A stretch of DNA of 64,000 bases from Candidatus Komeilibacteria bacterium RIFOXYD1_FULL_37_29 (lineage in GTDB: Bacteria; Patescibacteriota; Patescibacteriia; UBA1558; GWA2-36-10): contig MHKS01000005.1 of assembly GCA_001818495.1 (NCBI GenBank), positions 250,038 through 314,037 on the forward strand, written 5' to 3'. The notes under the pieces were generated by a model. That model saw only the letters and a list, made by a program, of their open reading frames with translations, was not told the DNA's origin and searched no databases. Numbering within the stretch: the first letter of the stretch is position 1; every line of letters begins with the position of its first letter. Shown here piece after piece: positions 37,800-47,959 of this stretch. The position numbers and the translations under genes are program-made.

Positions 37800-38586
37800 A
37801 ATAATATTATTAATACTGGTTATTGGTGGAATTTTATTTTTTTCTTTATATTACGAAAAAAAACAACTTGAGATATATTTTTTAGATGTTGGCCAAGGCG
37901 ATGCTATTTTAATTCGTAGCCCCCAGGGACAAAATATACTGATTGATGGCGGTCCAGACAACCAATTGCTCTCCGAGCTTGGCCAAGTCCTGCCTTGGTG
38001 GGAAAGGCAAATTGATTATGTGATCGTTAGCCATTATCATGATGATCATTTGACCGGACTGATAGAATTGTTAAATAAGTACAAGATTAAAAATGTTTTA
38101 GTGACCGCTCATCAACCTGATGATTTTTTATATCAGGTTTGGGCAGATAAATTGTTAGCAAAAAATATTAAGCCAACAGTAGTTAAAGCCGGTGATAGTT
38201 TTGTTGCCTCTGATGGTCTCTCCTGGCAAGTTATTTTAGCTGACTCAGAGCATGAGGATTATAATGAGAATTCTTTGGTTATTAGACTGACTTATCATAA
38301 TAAAAGTTTTTTATTGACCGGAGATTTGGGCAAAGTCGGGGAGGATAAAATTTTATCTGCTGGCTTAGCCATTGATGCTGATTATCTCAAAGTCGGCCAT
38401 CACGGCAGCAAGTATTCTTCTTCGGCCGAGTTTTTAGAAGTAGTCAGTCCAGAGATTTGTATTATACAATCGGGAAAAGATAATAAGTTTGGTCATCCGC
38501 ATCTGGAGACACTCAAAAGATTGTCAGCGGTGGGTTGTCAGATTATGAACACCCAAGATTTGGGCACAATTAGCTTTAATTTTTAG
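37792..38586 (+). CDS. Metallo-beta-lactamase domain protein, the ComEC C-terminal nuclease domain encoded as a separate ORF.
   Basis: VSHYHDDHLTG (HxHxDH) and a later DLGKVGED…GHHGS. Overlaps the comEC stop by 8 nt. Confidence 0.7.
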   Translation: MNKIILLILVIGGILFFSLYYEKKQLEIYFLDVGQGDAILIRSPQGQNILIDGGPDNQLLSELGQVLPWWERQIDYVIVSHYHDDHLTGLIELLNKYKIKNVLVTAHQPDDFLYQVWADKLLAKNIKPTVVKAGDSFVASDGLSWQVILADSEHEDYNENSLVIRLTYHNKSFLLTGDLGKVGEDKILSAGLAIDADYLKVGHHGSKYSSSAEFLEVVSPEICIIQSGKDNKFGHPHLETLKRLSAVGCQIMNTQDLGTISFNF

Positions 38587-38821
38587 GGTTGTTATATTTA
38601 TTTTTTGGTATTATAATTTAACAAAGTCCACATATAGTATGTGGATTGTCGTACATATCAACCGATGCTTTATAAGCATCAGCAAGGAGTTTCTATTATG
38701 AAACGCTTGAATCCACTTCGTATGAAGTGGCAAGAAGGTTTAGGCGGCAACAAGATCGAGAAGAACAAGGTCGTATCTGACCCGACAGACGGCCGCTAAC
38801 CAAGAAGGTCGCCGGTTCGCA

Positions 38822-38862
38822 GGGGGTCCAAAGTGTAGTCTTTGGCCCCCTTATTTATTTTC
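38822..38862 (+). terminator. Strong intrinsic terminator.
   Basis: GGGGGTCCAAAG-tgtag-tCTTTGGCCCCC followed by a T-rich tail. Confidence 0.7.
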
Positions 38863-38879
38863 TTGATTTTTGTATAGAT

Positions 38880-39308
38880 TTGACCTATAATAAAGGCACT
38901 AAATCATTAAATTTTTGCTTTATGGCCAGTGATAAGAAAATTAAAATTTTACTCATCGAAGACGAGGAAATGCTCGCCAATATGTACGAGGTCAAGTTTA
39001 AAAACGAAGGTTTTGACTTGGAAAAAGCTTTAGATGGAGCTGAGGGTTTGGCTAAAGCCAAGGCCAATGTGCCAGATTTTATATTGTTGGATATTATTAT
39101 GCCAAAAATGGACGGCTTTTCAGTCTTGAAAGCTCTCAAAGATGATCCAGCTACCAAAAATGTGCCAGTTATTTTACTGACCAATCTTGGTCAGGAAGAA
39201 GATGTTGAAAAGGGTAAAGAATTGGGAGCAGTTGGTTATTTGGTTAAGGCCAATATTACTCCTTCCGAAGTAGTGGCCGAAGTAAAGAAAAAGCTTGGCA
39301 AAAAATAA
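38880..39308 (+). CDS. Standalone response-regulator receiver domain (CheY-like).
   Basis: KILLIEDEE…DFILLDIIMPKMDG…YLVK. The real start is probably Met at 38922. Confidence 0.8.
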   Translation: MTYNKGTKSLNFCFMASDKKIKILLIEDEEMLANMYEVKFKNEGFDLEKALDGAEGLAKAKANVPDFILLDIIMPKMDGFSVLKALKDDPATKNVPVILLTNLGQEEDVEKGKELGAVGYLVKANITPSEVVAEVKKKLGKK

Positions 39309-39381
39309 AATTTTTGTTAGTATATAGCCACCGCACCTCGCTTCGGCGGGGTGAGTTTAAATAATTAATAGTTTACGGAGT

Positions 39382-39960
39382 ATGAATTTTAAAGAGGAAA
39401 AAACATTTGTGATGATCAAGCCGGACGGTGTCCGCAAGAATCTGATTGGCGAAATTATTGCTCGTTTTGAACAACGCGATTTAAAAATAGTAGCTTTGGA
39501 AATGTTTCAGCCAACTGTTGCCCAGATTGATGAGCATTATCCCAAGGATAAGGCTTGGATCGCTCGCTTGGGTCAAAAAACTTTAAGTACTTATGAAAAA
39601 TACGGAGTTGATCCGATTAAAGAGCTGGGTACTGACAATGATTTTGAAATTGGTCAGATGGTCCGCAAGTGGTTGGTTGATTATATGACCTCTGCTCCTT
39701 TGGTTAGAATGGTGGTCCAAGGTATTCATGCGGTTGATATGGTTCGTAAAATTTGCGGTGTCACTATTCCCAATATGGCTGACATGGGTACTATTCGTGG
39801 TGATTTTTCCTCTGATTCTCCTTCAGTAGCTAATAGTGAAAAAAGAGCAGTAATGAATTTGATCCATGCGTCTGAAACTCCGCAAGAAGCTGAACACGAA
39901 ATGAAACATTGGTTTGGAAGCAGAAAGGTTATATTCAATTACGAGCGTTACCAAGATTAA
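39382..39960 (+). CDS. ndk: Nucleoside diphosphate kinase.
   Basis: TFVMIKPDGV, and His in NLIHASE. 192 aa with an insertion. Confidence 0.8.
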   Translation: MNFKEEKTFVMIKPDGVRKNLIGEIIARFEQRDLKIVALEMFQPTVAQIDEHYPKDKAWIARLGQKTLSTYEKYGVDPIKELGTDNDFEIGQMVRKWLVDYMTSAPLVRMVVQGIHAVDMVRKICGVTIPNMADMGTIRGDFSSDSPSVANSEKRAVMNLIHASETPQEAEHEMKHWFGSRKVIFNYERYQD

Positions 39961-39965
39961 AAATT

Positions 39966-39997
39966 AAAAAGAGCTAGGTTTAGCTCTTTTTTTGTTT
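39966..39997 (+). terminator. Intrinsic terminator after ndk.
   Basis: AAAGAGCTA-ggttt-AGCTCTTT followed by TTTTT. Confidence 0.65.
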
Positions 39998-40362
39998 TAG
40001 TTTGCTAGGATATTTTTCCGGTGTTATAATGGCTTTGTAGCCTCTTCTTTTAAAAATATGTAACTCTACAACAATTGCTATCGGTGTTTTATATTAGCTT
40101 AGACCTTGGTCTTATGTTTGCGAACACCACCCTTTTAAATAGGGGTTATACATATAGGAAAGAATGCTACTTAGTCAATTTTATCAGTAACCAATCAAAC
40201 ATGCTGACATGTGACTAGCAAAAAGGTGTTTTATAAGTTTTGCACTATACAAACGCCTTTTTGTTTTGGTTTAAAAAATATTTTTGTCAATAAAAAAATC
40301 CAGTTGCCCTTAGTTGCTATATAAACATTAATTAGCAGGAGCCACTGGATTAAATAATAAAA

Positions 40363-40554
40363 TTATTTTGAAGTTTGTTTTTTCTTTAATTTGTTGAGAG
40401 TCTTTAAACAAGAAGTGCAAATAGTCATTCTAGCACCACCCAATTTTTTGGATTGCAAGTTGATTTTCATGGTTCGGCGGCTGGCCATATTGGAATGGCT
40501 GCGTGAATTACCACTTACTTTCCCTCGGTTACAGATATCACATACTTTGGCCAT
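40363..40554 (-). CDS. rpmB: 50S ribosomal protein L28.
   Basis: MAKVCDICNRGKVSGNSRSHSN…. Confidence 0.85.
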   Translation of the reverse strand: MAKVCDICNRGKVSGNSRSHSNMASRRTMKINLQSKKLGGARMTICTSCLKTLNKLKKKQTSK

Positions 40555-40638
40555 ATGCTTGAATTTCTAATTAATTAAGCTATAATTATTAATACGACGT
40601 AGAATAATTTAGCATAAAAGTAACTTTTTGTCAAAGCT

Positions 40639-41268
40639 ATGTTAATATCAACTTTGTTTTCCGAGCCATCTCTATTTTTAATTGTTATATTGTCTATTAT
40701 TTATGCCTTAACGGTTCATGAGTTTTCTCATGCTCTAGCCGCCACTTATTTGGGGGATAATACAGCCAAATATAGCGGTCGGCTAAATTTAAATCCCTTA
40801 TCTCATCTGGAGATCTTTGGTACTTTGATGTTACTTTTTGCCGGCTTTGGCTGGGGTAAACCAGTGCCGGTCAATCCTTTTAATCTTCGTTTTAAACGAT
40901 GGGGGGAGGCCATAGTTTCTTTGGCTGGTCCGGTTTCAAATTTTATATCGGCGGCCATTTTTGTTGCTTTGGCTAGTTTACTGGTCAGATTTATGCCAGC
41001 TGGTAGTTTATTGTTTGATTTCTTGTTTTATTTGATTTTTATCAATTTTGTTTTAGGAGTTTTTAATCTTATTCCTATTCCGCCACTAGATGGCTCCAAG
41101 GTTCTTTTTGCCATATTGCCCGCCAATTTTGAAGGTTTTAAGCGTAGTTTTTCTGTTAATGGACCATGGGTACTGCTCGGTTTGATATTTTTGGATAATT
41201 TTGTTGGTGTCAACATTTTTGGTCATATTTTTCAGTTTTTCATAAATATAATATATTTGCTATTCTAA
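40639..41268 (+). CDS. Site-2 protease family zinc metalloprotease (peptidase M50).
   Basis: HEFSHALAA HExxH motif, NLIPIPPLDGSKV LDG motif, multiple TM helices. Confidence 0.7.
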   Translation: MLISTLFSEPSLFLIVILSIIYALTVHEFSHALAATYLGDNTAKYSGRLNLNPLSHLEIFGTLMLLFAGFGWGKPVPVNPFNLRFKRWGEAIVSLAGPVSNFISAAIFVALASLLVRFMPAGSLLFDFLFYLIFINFVLGVFNLIPIPPLDGSKVLFAILPANFEGFKRSFSVNGPWVLLGLIFLDNFVGVNIFGHIFQFFINIIYLLF

Positions 41269-41452
41269 AATTTATTCAAATCTTAGCTAAAGACCAGATT
41301 TGCCAAGATTATTTTGGCAAATTTTTATTTAAATAGTAGACAATCCTTGACTTTGTTAATTTTTTATGCTATTTTATTGGGGACTTTTCTTTGGAAACAA
41401 TGGGTTGTTTTTGGAGAAAAATTAGTCGCATTTTTATTTTTTTTAATACAAT

Positions 41453-41890
41453 ATGCCAACAGTCAATCAATTATTGAGACATCCTAGAAGAAAACAGAAA
41501 GCCAAGAGTTCTACACCGGCTTTACATACTGTTTTAAATAGCTTAAGAAGAAGAAAAAGAGAGCTTCCCGAAGGTGCTCCTTTTAAGCGTGGTGTTTGCA
41601 TTAAGGTAACTACCAGCACCCCCAAAAAACCGAACTCTGCTCTTCGTAAAATTGCTAGGGTTAGATTATCGAACGGTATGGAAGTAACTGCTTATATTCC
41701 CGGCGAAGGTCACAACTTACAAGAGCACAGCATTGTGTTAATTCGTGGTGGTAGGGTCAAAGATTTACCTGGTGTCCGTTATCATATTGTCCGTGGTGTT
41801 TATGACACCCAAGGTGTGGCTAGTAGAAAACAGGGCCGATCTTTGTATGGTACTAAAAAGGAAAAAGCTGCCAAAAAAAAAGTAAAATAA
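41453..41890 (+). CDS. rpsL: 30S ribosomal protein S12, with an approximately 18-aa insertion and a C-terminal Lys tail.
   Basis: MPTVNQL…[10 protein letters not shown]…[20 protein letters not shown]. Confidence 0.9.
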   Translation: MPTVNQLLRHPRRKQKAKSSTPALHTVLNSLRRRKRELPEGAPFKRGVCIKVTTSTPKKPNSALRKIARVRLSNGMEVTAYIPGEGHNLQEHSIVLIRGGRVKDLPGVRYHIVRGVYDTQGVASRKQGRSLYGTKKEKAAKKKVK

Positions 41891-41914
41891 TATTTCAATA
41901 AACCTAATCAAATT

Positions 41915-42379
41915 ATGAGAGGAAAAAGAAGTCCCAAGAGAGATATTTTGCCAGATCCTAAATTTCAAAGGATTGACATTGCTAAGTTGATCAACAAAGT
42001 AATGACCAGAGGTAAAAAAACTACCGCCCAAAAAGTTGTTTATGAGGCCTTTGAGTATATTTCTGAGAAAACCAAACAGGATCCGATTGGTATCTATGAC
42101 GCGGCTATTAGAAATGTTTCCCCCAGTCTAGAAGTAAAAGGTAAAAGAATTGGTGGCGCCAATTATCAGGTGCCGATTGTAGTGACTGGTGAAAGAAAAC
42201 TTATTTTAGCTTACCGTTGGATTTTGGAAGCGGCGCGCAGTCGCAAAGGTTCGGCTATGTATAAAAGATTGGGTGATGAGTTGATATCAGCGTCTACCGG
42301 AGAAGGAACAGCTATGAAAAAGCGTGAAGATGTCCAGAAAATGGCTGAATCAAACAAAGCCTTTGCTCACTTTGCTTAA
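41915..42379 (+). CDS. rpsG: 30S ribosomal protein S7.
   Basis: S7 family sequence located between rpsL and fusA. Confidence 0.85.
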   Translation: MRGKRSPKRDILPDPKFQRIDIAKLINKVMTRGKKTTAQKVVYEAFEYISEKTKQDPIGIYDAAIRNVSPSLEVKGKRIGGANYQVPIVVTGERKLILAYRWILEAARSRKGSAMYKRLGDELISASTGEGTAMKKREDVQKMAESNKAFAHFA

Positions 42380-42463
42380 ATTAAAAATTTTTAAATAAAA
42401 GGCAGACATTGTCTGCATTTTATTTTTAACCCATAAACCAATCCATTAAATCAAAACAATATT

Positions 42464-44560
42464 ATGGCCAGACAACCATTGGAAAAAGTAAGAAATATCG
42501 GAATTATCGCTCACATTGATGCTGGAAAGACCACAGTCACCGAGCGTATACTTTTTTATACTGGTAAAAAACATAAGATTGGAGAAGTGCACGAAGGTAA
42601 GGCTGAAATGGACTGGATGGAGCAGGAAAAAGAGCGCGGTATTACCATTACCTCGGCCGCTACGACTTGTTTTTGGCCATTACCAGATTGGTTGGGAGGC
42701 GACAAAGCCAACGTCAATATTATTGATACTCCTGGTCACGTGGACTTTACAGTGGAAGTAGAAAGATCATTGCGTGTGCTAGATGGCGGTGTCATTGTCT
42801 TTGACGGTGTAGCTGGTGTGGAACCACAATCAGAAACTGTTTGGCGTCAAGCTGATAAATATCATGTTCCTAGACTGGCCTTTATCAACAAGATGGACAG
42901 AATGGGAGCGGATTTTTATTTTGATATGAAGACCATCTATGAGAGATTGACCAAGCACGCTCATCCAGTACAGTTACCGATTGGAGCCGCTGAAACTTTT
43001 GTTGGTATAGTCAATTTATTGGAACGGGAAGCCTGGTATTATTTGGATGAAGATGGCAAACAATATGAAAAAAGAGATATTCCAGCCGATATGAAAGATA
43101 AGGTAGAGCAGTATCGCTCTCAGCTGATTGAAGCCGTGGTAGAGCACGATGACGTCTTGATGGAAAAATATCTAGCTGGCGAAGAATTAGCTATAAATGA
43201 TATTAAAAAAGTTTTACGTAAAGCTGTTATTAGTAATAAAATAGTGCCGATATTTTGCGGCTCAGCTTTGAAAAACAAAGGAGTCCAATTCTTATTGGAT
43301 GCTATTGTTTCTTATTTGCCGTCACCACTTGATGTACCACCAATTGAAGGTACTGAGCCAAGAAATGAAGAAAATAAAATCAAAGTAAAAATTGGAGATA
43401 ATGAGCCATTTGTTGGCCTAGCTTTTAAAGTAGCTACCGATCCTTATGTCGGACGACTCACTTATGTGCGTGTTTATGCCGGTACCCTAAAATCCGGATC
43501 TTATGTCTATAATGCTAACACCGAAAAGAAAGAAAGAATCGGTCGTATTTTGAGAATGCACGCCAATGCTCGAGAAGAAGTACAGGAAATTTTTAGTGGA
43601 GATATAGTGGCTGTAGTGGGACTAAAAGATACTACCACTGGTCATTCTTTGTGTGATCCAGATCATCCAGTAGTTTTGGAAAGTATGGATTTTCCTGATC
43701 CAGTAATTTTTGTGGCTGTCGAGCCAAAGACCAAAGCTGACCAAGAAAAGATGGGTATGGCCTTAGCCAAATTGACCGAAGAAGATCCTACCTTTACTGT
43801 TAGGTCAGATGAAGAAACCAATCAAACTGTTCTTGGTGGTATGGGAGAATTACATTTGGATATCATTGTCGATCGTATGAAACGAGAGTTTTCTGTTGAG
43901 GCCAATGTCGGTGCTCCACAGGTAGCCTATAAAGAAACTATTATGGGTACGGCTGAAGCGGAAGGAAAATATATCAAACAATCCGGTGGTCGCGGTCAAT
44001 ACGGACATTGTTGGCTTCGTTTAGAGCCACAAGAACGCGGTAAGGGCTTTGAATTTATTGATGAAATTAAAGGTGGAGCTATTCCTCGAGAATATATTCC
44101 AGCTATTCAAAAAGGTGTTAAGGAAACTATGGACAATGGTATTTTGGCTGGTTATCAAATTCAGGATATCAAGGTAGCTGTCTATGATGGATCTTTCCAT
44201 GATGTTGATTCATCTGAAGCTGCTTTTAAAGTAGCTGGCTCTATGGCTTTTAAAGCTGCTTTTAGGTTGGCTAAGCCGGTTATTTTGGAGCCGATTATGA
44301 AAGTAGAAGCTGTTACTCCGGAACAATACATGGGTGATGTAATTGGTGATTTAAATTCCAAGAGAGGACAAGTATCAGAAATGAGTGATCGGGCTGGTGT
44401 CAAAGTAATTGCTGCTGAAGTGCCTTTATCAGAAATGTTTGGTTATGCTACGGCCCTTCGCTCAATGACTCAAGGCAGAGCTAGTTATAGTATGGAATTT
44501 TCCAAATATCAGGAAGTGCCTCGTAGTGTTGCTGAAGCCATCATCAGTAAAAAAGCTTAA
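42464..44560 (+). CDS. fusA: Elongation factor G.
   Basis: [22 protein letters not shown]; 698 aa. Confidence 0.95.
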   Translation: MARQPLEKVRNIGIIAHIDAGKTTVTERILFYTGKKHKIGEVHEGKAEMDWMEQEKERGITITSAATTCFWPLPDWLGGDKANVNIIDTPGHVDFTVEVERSLRVLDGGVIVFDGVAGVEPQSETVWRQADKYHVPRLAFINKMDRMGADFYFDMKTIYERLTKHAHPVQLPIGAAETFVGIVNLLEREAWYYLDEDGKQYEKRDIPADMKDKVEQYRSQLIEAVVEHDDVLMEKYLAGEELAINDIKKVLRKAVISNKIVPIFCGSALKNKGVQFLLDAIVSYLPSPLDVPPIEGTEPRNEENKIKVKIGDNEPFVGLAFKVATDPYVGRLTYVRVYAGTLKSGSYVYNANTEKKERIGRILRMHANAREEVQEIFSGDIVAVVGLKDTTTGHSLCDPDHPVVLESMDFPDPVIFVAVEPKTKADQEKMGMALAKLTEEDPTFTVRSDEETNQTVLGGMGELHLDIIVDRMKREFSVEANVGAPQVAYKETIMGTAEAEGKYIKQSGGRGQYGHCWLRLEPQERGKGFEFIDEIKGGAIPREYIPAIQKGVKETMDNGILAGYQIQDIKVAVYDGSFHDVDSSEAAFKVAGSMAFKAAFRLAKPVILEPIMKVEAVTPEQYMGDVIGDLNSKRGQVSEMSDRAGVKVIAAEVPLSEMFGYATALRSMTQGRASYSMEFSKYQEVPRSVAEAIISKKA

Positions 44561-44571
44561 TGATTATAATT

Positions 44572-44600
44572 TTATCCCGCCGCGTTTGACGCGGCGGGAT
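44572..44600 (+). terminator. Palindromic terminator after fusA. The same palindrome occurs inverted after tuf.
   Basis: CCCGCCGCG-tttgac-GCGGCGGG followed by a T-run. Confidence 0.65.
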
Positions 44601-44670
44601 TTTTTTAATTTTAAGAAGCGCCTCAGTGGAGACGCTTCTTTTTACAGGGAGGGAGGGGGAGCAACACAGG

Positions 44671-45114
44671 TTATTCTGTGATATCGTCGACAAGCTTGTG
44701 GTAGCCGACACTGATATGATCCTGATTTGGCAGGTTCCACCAGAAAGCCAGGCCGTAGCGGCCGACTTCGATTAGAGCTTTGTCTATGAGTTCAGGGAAC
44801 TCCATGCGCAGATACAGCTTCATTAAGCTGCGGAGTAGAAAGAGCCGATCTTCCAGCGGAGAAACAAAGTCGTTGTAGAATTCGTTGCTCTCATCTGATT
44901 TGCACGGCAGTTTTTTATGTCTCCTTTTGAGATCTTTGAGTGCCCATTCAGTTTCCTGAATCAGGCGATAGAACTTCTTGATCAGCGGGCTAGCAGTACC
45001 CACTACGACTTGATGGGGACCGATTTTTATGTTCGGCCACAACATTGATTTTTTCAAATCAACTGCCTTTACCTCTTCAATGAGTTCTAGTGCCAGATCT
45101 TTTTCTGCTGTCAA
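44671..45114 (-). CDS. Hypothetical protein on the opposite strand inside the str operon. Its GC content is clearly higher than the flanks.
   Basis: 147-aa ORF. Local GC is about 47% against about 35% in the flanks. Confidence 0.5.
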   Translation of the reverse strand: MTAEKDLALELIEEVKAVDLKKSMLWPNIKIGPHQVVVGTASPLIKKFYRLIQETEWALKDLKRRHKKLPCKSDESNEFYNDFVSPLEDRLFLLRSLMKLYLRMEFPELIDKALIEVGRYGLAFWWNLPNQDHISVGYHKLVDDITE

Positions 45115-45461
45115 AATATCCTCCTTGTGAGTGATTGTTAATTCTCTTCCAGTGAGAAGAAATGGAGGCGAAGAGCTAGGGTTTTGACCGTGGTCACCGC
45201 TAACCAGATAAATATACCGAAGTAATCAAGCTAAAGCCCAATTAAATCTGGCTAAGCTTATCTGTTTCGCTGCTCCAATTCTCCTCACTGGAAAAAGTAA
45301 TTGTAAATAACTTTTATAATGATAAATCATAGCATATATTTAAATTATTGTCAATAGTTACTGCTCTTGTTTTTGTTTGACAAAATAAAGCTTTTTGCTA
45401 TAAAATACCAACACTTTCCCCATTGAATGGGGTGCAGTAATTTACCTAAAAGCGTAATAAT

Positions 45462-45836
45462 ATGCCAAATTATAAGCAAATGGAAAGGGTGTTAGATTTA
45501 GCCGCTAAGACTGGCGATAAAGTGATTGTTTTATCAGATCATCATGATCCTTATGTTTTGATGACTATCAAGGAATATGAGGCTCTATTACACGGTCCGT
45601 CTTCAGTCAAAAATTTATCAGAAGATGAATTGCTTAGTAAAATTAACCGCGATATAGCCATTTGGAAAGCCTCCCAGGAGAGTTTAAGTGACTATAGTTT
45701 AGAGGATTTTAAGGTGGATAGCATTAGAAAAGATGAAAAAAAGCCTGAAATATCTAAGAAAAATGCCGATAAGCCTATTGTTGATAAGTCAGTTAATCCA
45801 GAGGAAGATAGGTATTATATTGAGCCAGTAGATTAA
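45462..45836 (+). CDS. Hypothetical acidic protein (124 aa).
   Basis: ORF with no recognisable motif. Confidence 0.4.
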   Translation: MPNYKQMERVLDLAAKTGDKVIVLSDHHDPYVLMTIKEYEALLHGPSSVKNLSEDELLSKINRDIAIWKASQESLSDYSLEDFKVDSIRKDEKKPEISKKNADKPIVDKSVNPEEDRYYIEPVD

Positions 45837-46031
45837 AATATTGGCTAATATTAGATAAAAGATTTGATAAATCAAAGCGGGTCCCTTAGGGGCTTGTCAA
45901 ATTTTTAAAACAGTGCTATAATCTGTTTGTTTTAAAAAAACAATATATAGATAATTAATAAATAATTTTTAAGATAGCTGGTTTACAAACCCCTGTATTT
46001 AAGGAGGGCTATCACGAAGGAGAAAAATAAA

Positions 46032-47219
46032 ATGGCAAATGTTTTCAAACGTGAAAAGCCGCACGTAAATATTGGCACCATTGGTCATGTAGACCATGGT
46101 AAAACTACTCTCACTGCAGCTATTTTAAAAGTATTATCCGCCGCCGGTGGTGTAGCTCAACAGAAGGACGTTGATCAAATTGATAATGCTCCAGAAGAAA
46201 GAGAACGTGGTATTACTATTGCTACATCTCATGTTGAGTATGAATCAGATAAGAGACACTATGCACACGTTGACTGTCCCGGTCATGCTGACTATGTCAA
46301 AAACATGATTACTGGTGCAGCTCAAATGGATGGTGCTATTTTAGTGGTATCCGCCGCTGATGGTCCAATGCCTCAAACCAGAGAACACATTCTATTAGCT
46401 CGTCAGGTTGGCGTGCCTTATATTGTTGTTTTCTTAAACAAAATGGATCAAGTAGACGATCCAGAATTGGTTGATCTAGTAGAAGAAGAAATCAGAGATT
46501 TACTTAAAAAATACGAATTCCCTGGAGACAAAACTCCAATTATTCGTGGTAGTGCTTTAAAAGCTTTGGAAAATCCAATTGGCGAATATGCCAAACCTAT
46601 TTTAGATCTTATTAAAGCCGTTGATGAATATATTCCTGAACCAAAACGTGATACTGATAAACCATTTTTGATGCCGATTGAAGACATCTTCTCAATTGAA
46701 GGTCGTGGTACTGTAGTAACCGGCCGTATTGACAGAGGTATTGTCAAACTAAACGATGAAGTAGCCTTAGTTGGTATCCATGACACTACTAAAACAGTAG
46801 TGACTGGTATTGAGATGTTTAACAAACAATTGGACGAAGGTAGAGCTGGTGATAATGCTGGACTACTTTTACGCGGTACTAAGAAAGAAGAAGTTGAGCG
46901 CGGTCAAGTTTTGGCCAAGCCAGGTTCTATTACTCCTCATACCGAATTTGAAGCTGAAACTTATGTTTTAAGCAAAGAAGAAGGTGGTCGTCATACCCCA
47001 TTTTTCAAAGGTTATAAACCACAGTTCTATATCCGTACTACAGATATTACTGGTGAAGTAGAACTTCCAGAAGGTACTGAGATGGTTATGCCAGGGGACA
47101 CCATCAATTTAAAAATTAAATTGATTGCTCCAGTCGCCCTTGAAGAGAAATCCAAGTTTGCTATCCGCGAAGGCGGACGCACTGTTGGTGCTGGTGTAGT
47201 AACCAAGATTATCAAATAA
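46032..47219 (+). CDS. tuf: Elongation factor Tu.
   Basis: [22 protein letters not shown]. Confidence 0.95.
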   Translation: MANVFKREKPHVNIGTIGHVDHGKTTLTAAILKVLSAAGGVAQQKDVDQIDNAPEERERGITIATSHVEYESDKRHYAHVDCPGHADYVKNMITGAAQMDGAILVVSAADGPMPQTREHILLARQVGVPYIVVFLNKMDQVDDPELVDLVEEEIRDLLKKYEFPGDKTPIIRGSALKALENPIGEYAKPILDLIKAVDEYIPEPKRDTDKPFLMPIEDIFSIEGRGTVVTGRIDRGIVKLNDEVALVGIHDTTKTVVTGIEMFNKQLDEGRAGDNAGLLLRGTKKEEVERGQVLAKPGSITPHTEFEAETYVLSKEEGGRHTPFFKGYKPQFYIRTTDITGEVELPEGTEMVMPGDTINLKIKLIAPVALEEKSKFAIREGGRTVGAGVVTKIIK

Positions 47220-47227
47220 ATTTACAT

Positions 47228-47258
47228 TTACCCAGCCGCGTCAAACGCGGCTGGGTAA
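47228..47258 (+). terminator. Palindromic terminator after tuf.
   Basis: CCCAGCCGCG-tcaaac-GCGGCTGGG. Confidence 0.65.
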
Positions 47259-47300
47259 AGGGGTTTAAATAATTTAAGTAAATTAACAATTCACAATTTC

Positions 47301-47630
47301 ATGCCAGTCAAAGCTAAAGAAGATACTCAGTCAAGAATTCGTATCAAGATTAGAGCCTATGATCACAAAATCATTGATCAGTCTACCAAGACTATCATTG
47401 AGACTGTTGATCGTAGTGGAGCTAAGATTATCGGACCCATTCCGCTGCCTACCGAAAAAAAGAAATTCACGGTTCTTCGTTCAACTTTTGTTCACAAAGA
47501 TGCCCGTGATCAGTATGAAATGAGAGTTCACAAAAGACTTTTGGATATTATTGATCCTACTCCGCAAACTGTTGATGCTTTACAGAGCCTCAATTTACCA
47601 GCCGGTGTAGATTTGGAAATAAAAATGTAA
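47301..47630 (+). CDS. rpsJ: 30S ribosomal protein S10.
   Basis: [15 protein letters not shown]…. Confidence 0.9.
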   Translation: MPVKAKEDTQSRIRIKIRAYDHKIIDQSTKTIIETVDRSGAKIIGPIPLPTEKKKFTVLRSTFVHKDARDQYEMRVHKRLLDIIDPTPQTVDALQSLNLPAGVDLEIKM

Positions 47631-47959
47631 TCATTGCTTGTTCATTGGGTAATTAAAAATTCTTTGTTTGTTTAGACAACCCCAATCCCATAATCTATCT
47701 AGATTATTTGCTTGGGAAGTGTATAGATAGATAAAGTTTTGTAAGAAGGATAAAAATAGTAAAATTGTTTAAACACTACTGCTAATCAGGCAGTAGCCAT
47801 AAAGCGAAAAAATTAGCCCGAGGCTAATAGTCGCGATTTTATCCTTAAAAGTATTTTGTCAGTATTTTTGAAGATAGAATCGCGATTTTTTTCACCTACA
47901 TAAATTTATATAAAAAAGGTGATCCCGCTCTGCGGGGTAAAAGAGTAGATTTAAATTAT

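Noticed and set aside
42516-42761. Alternative-frame ORF inside fusA.
   Set aside because: Embedded in EF-G coding sequence.
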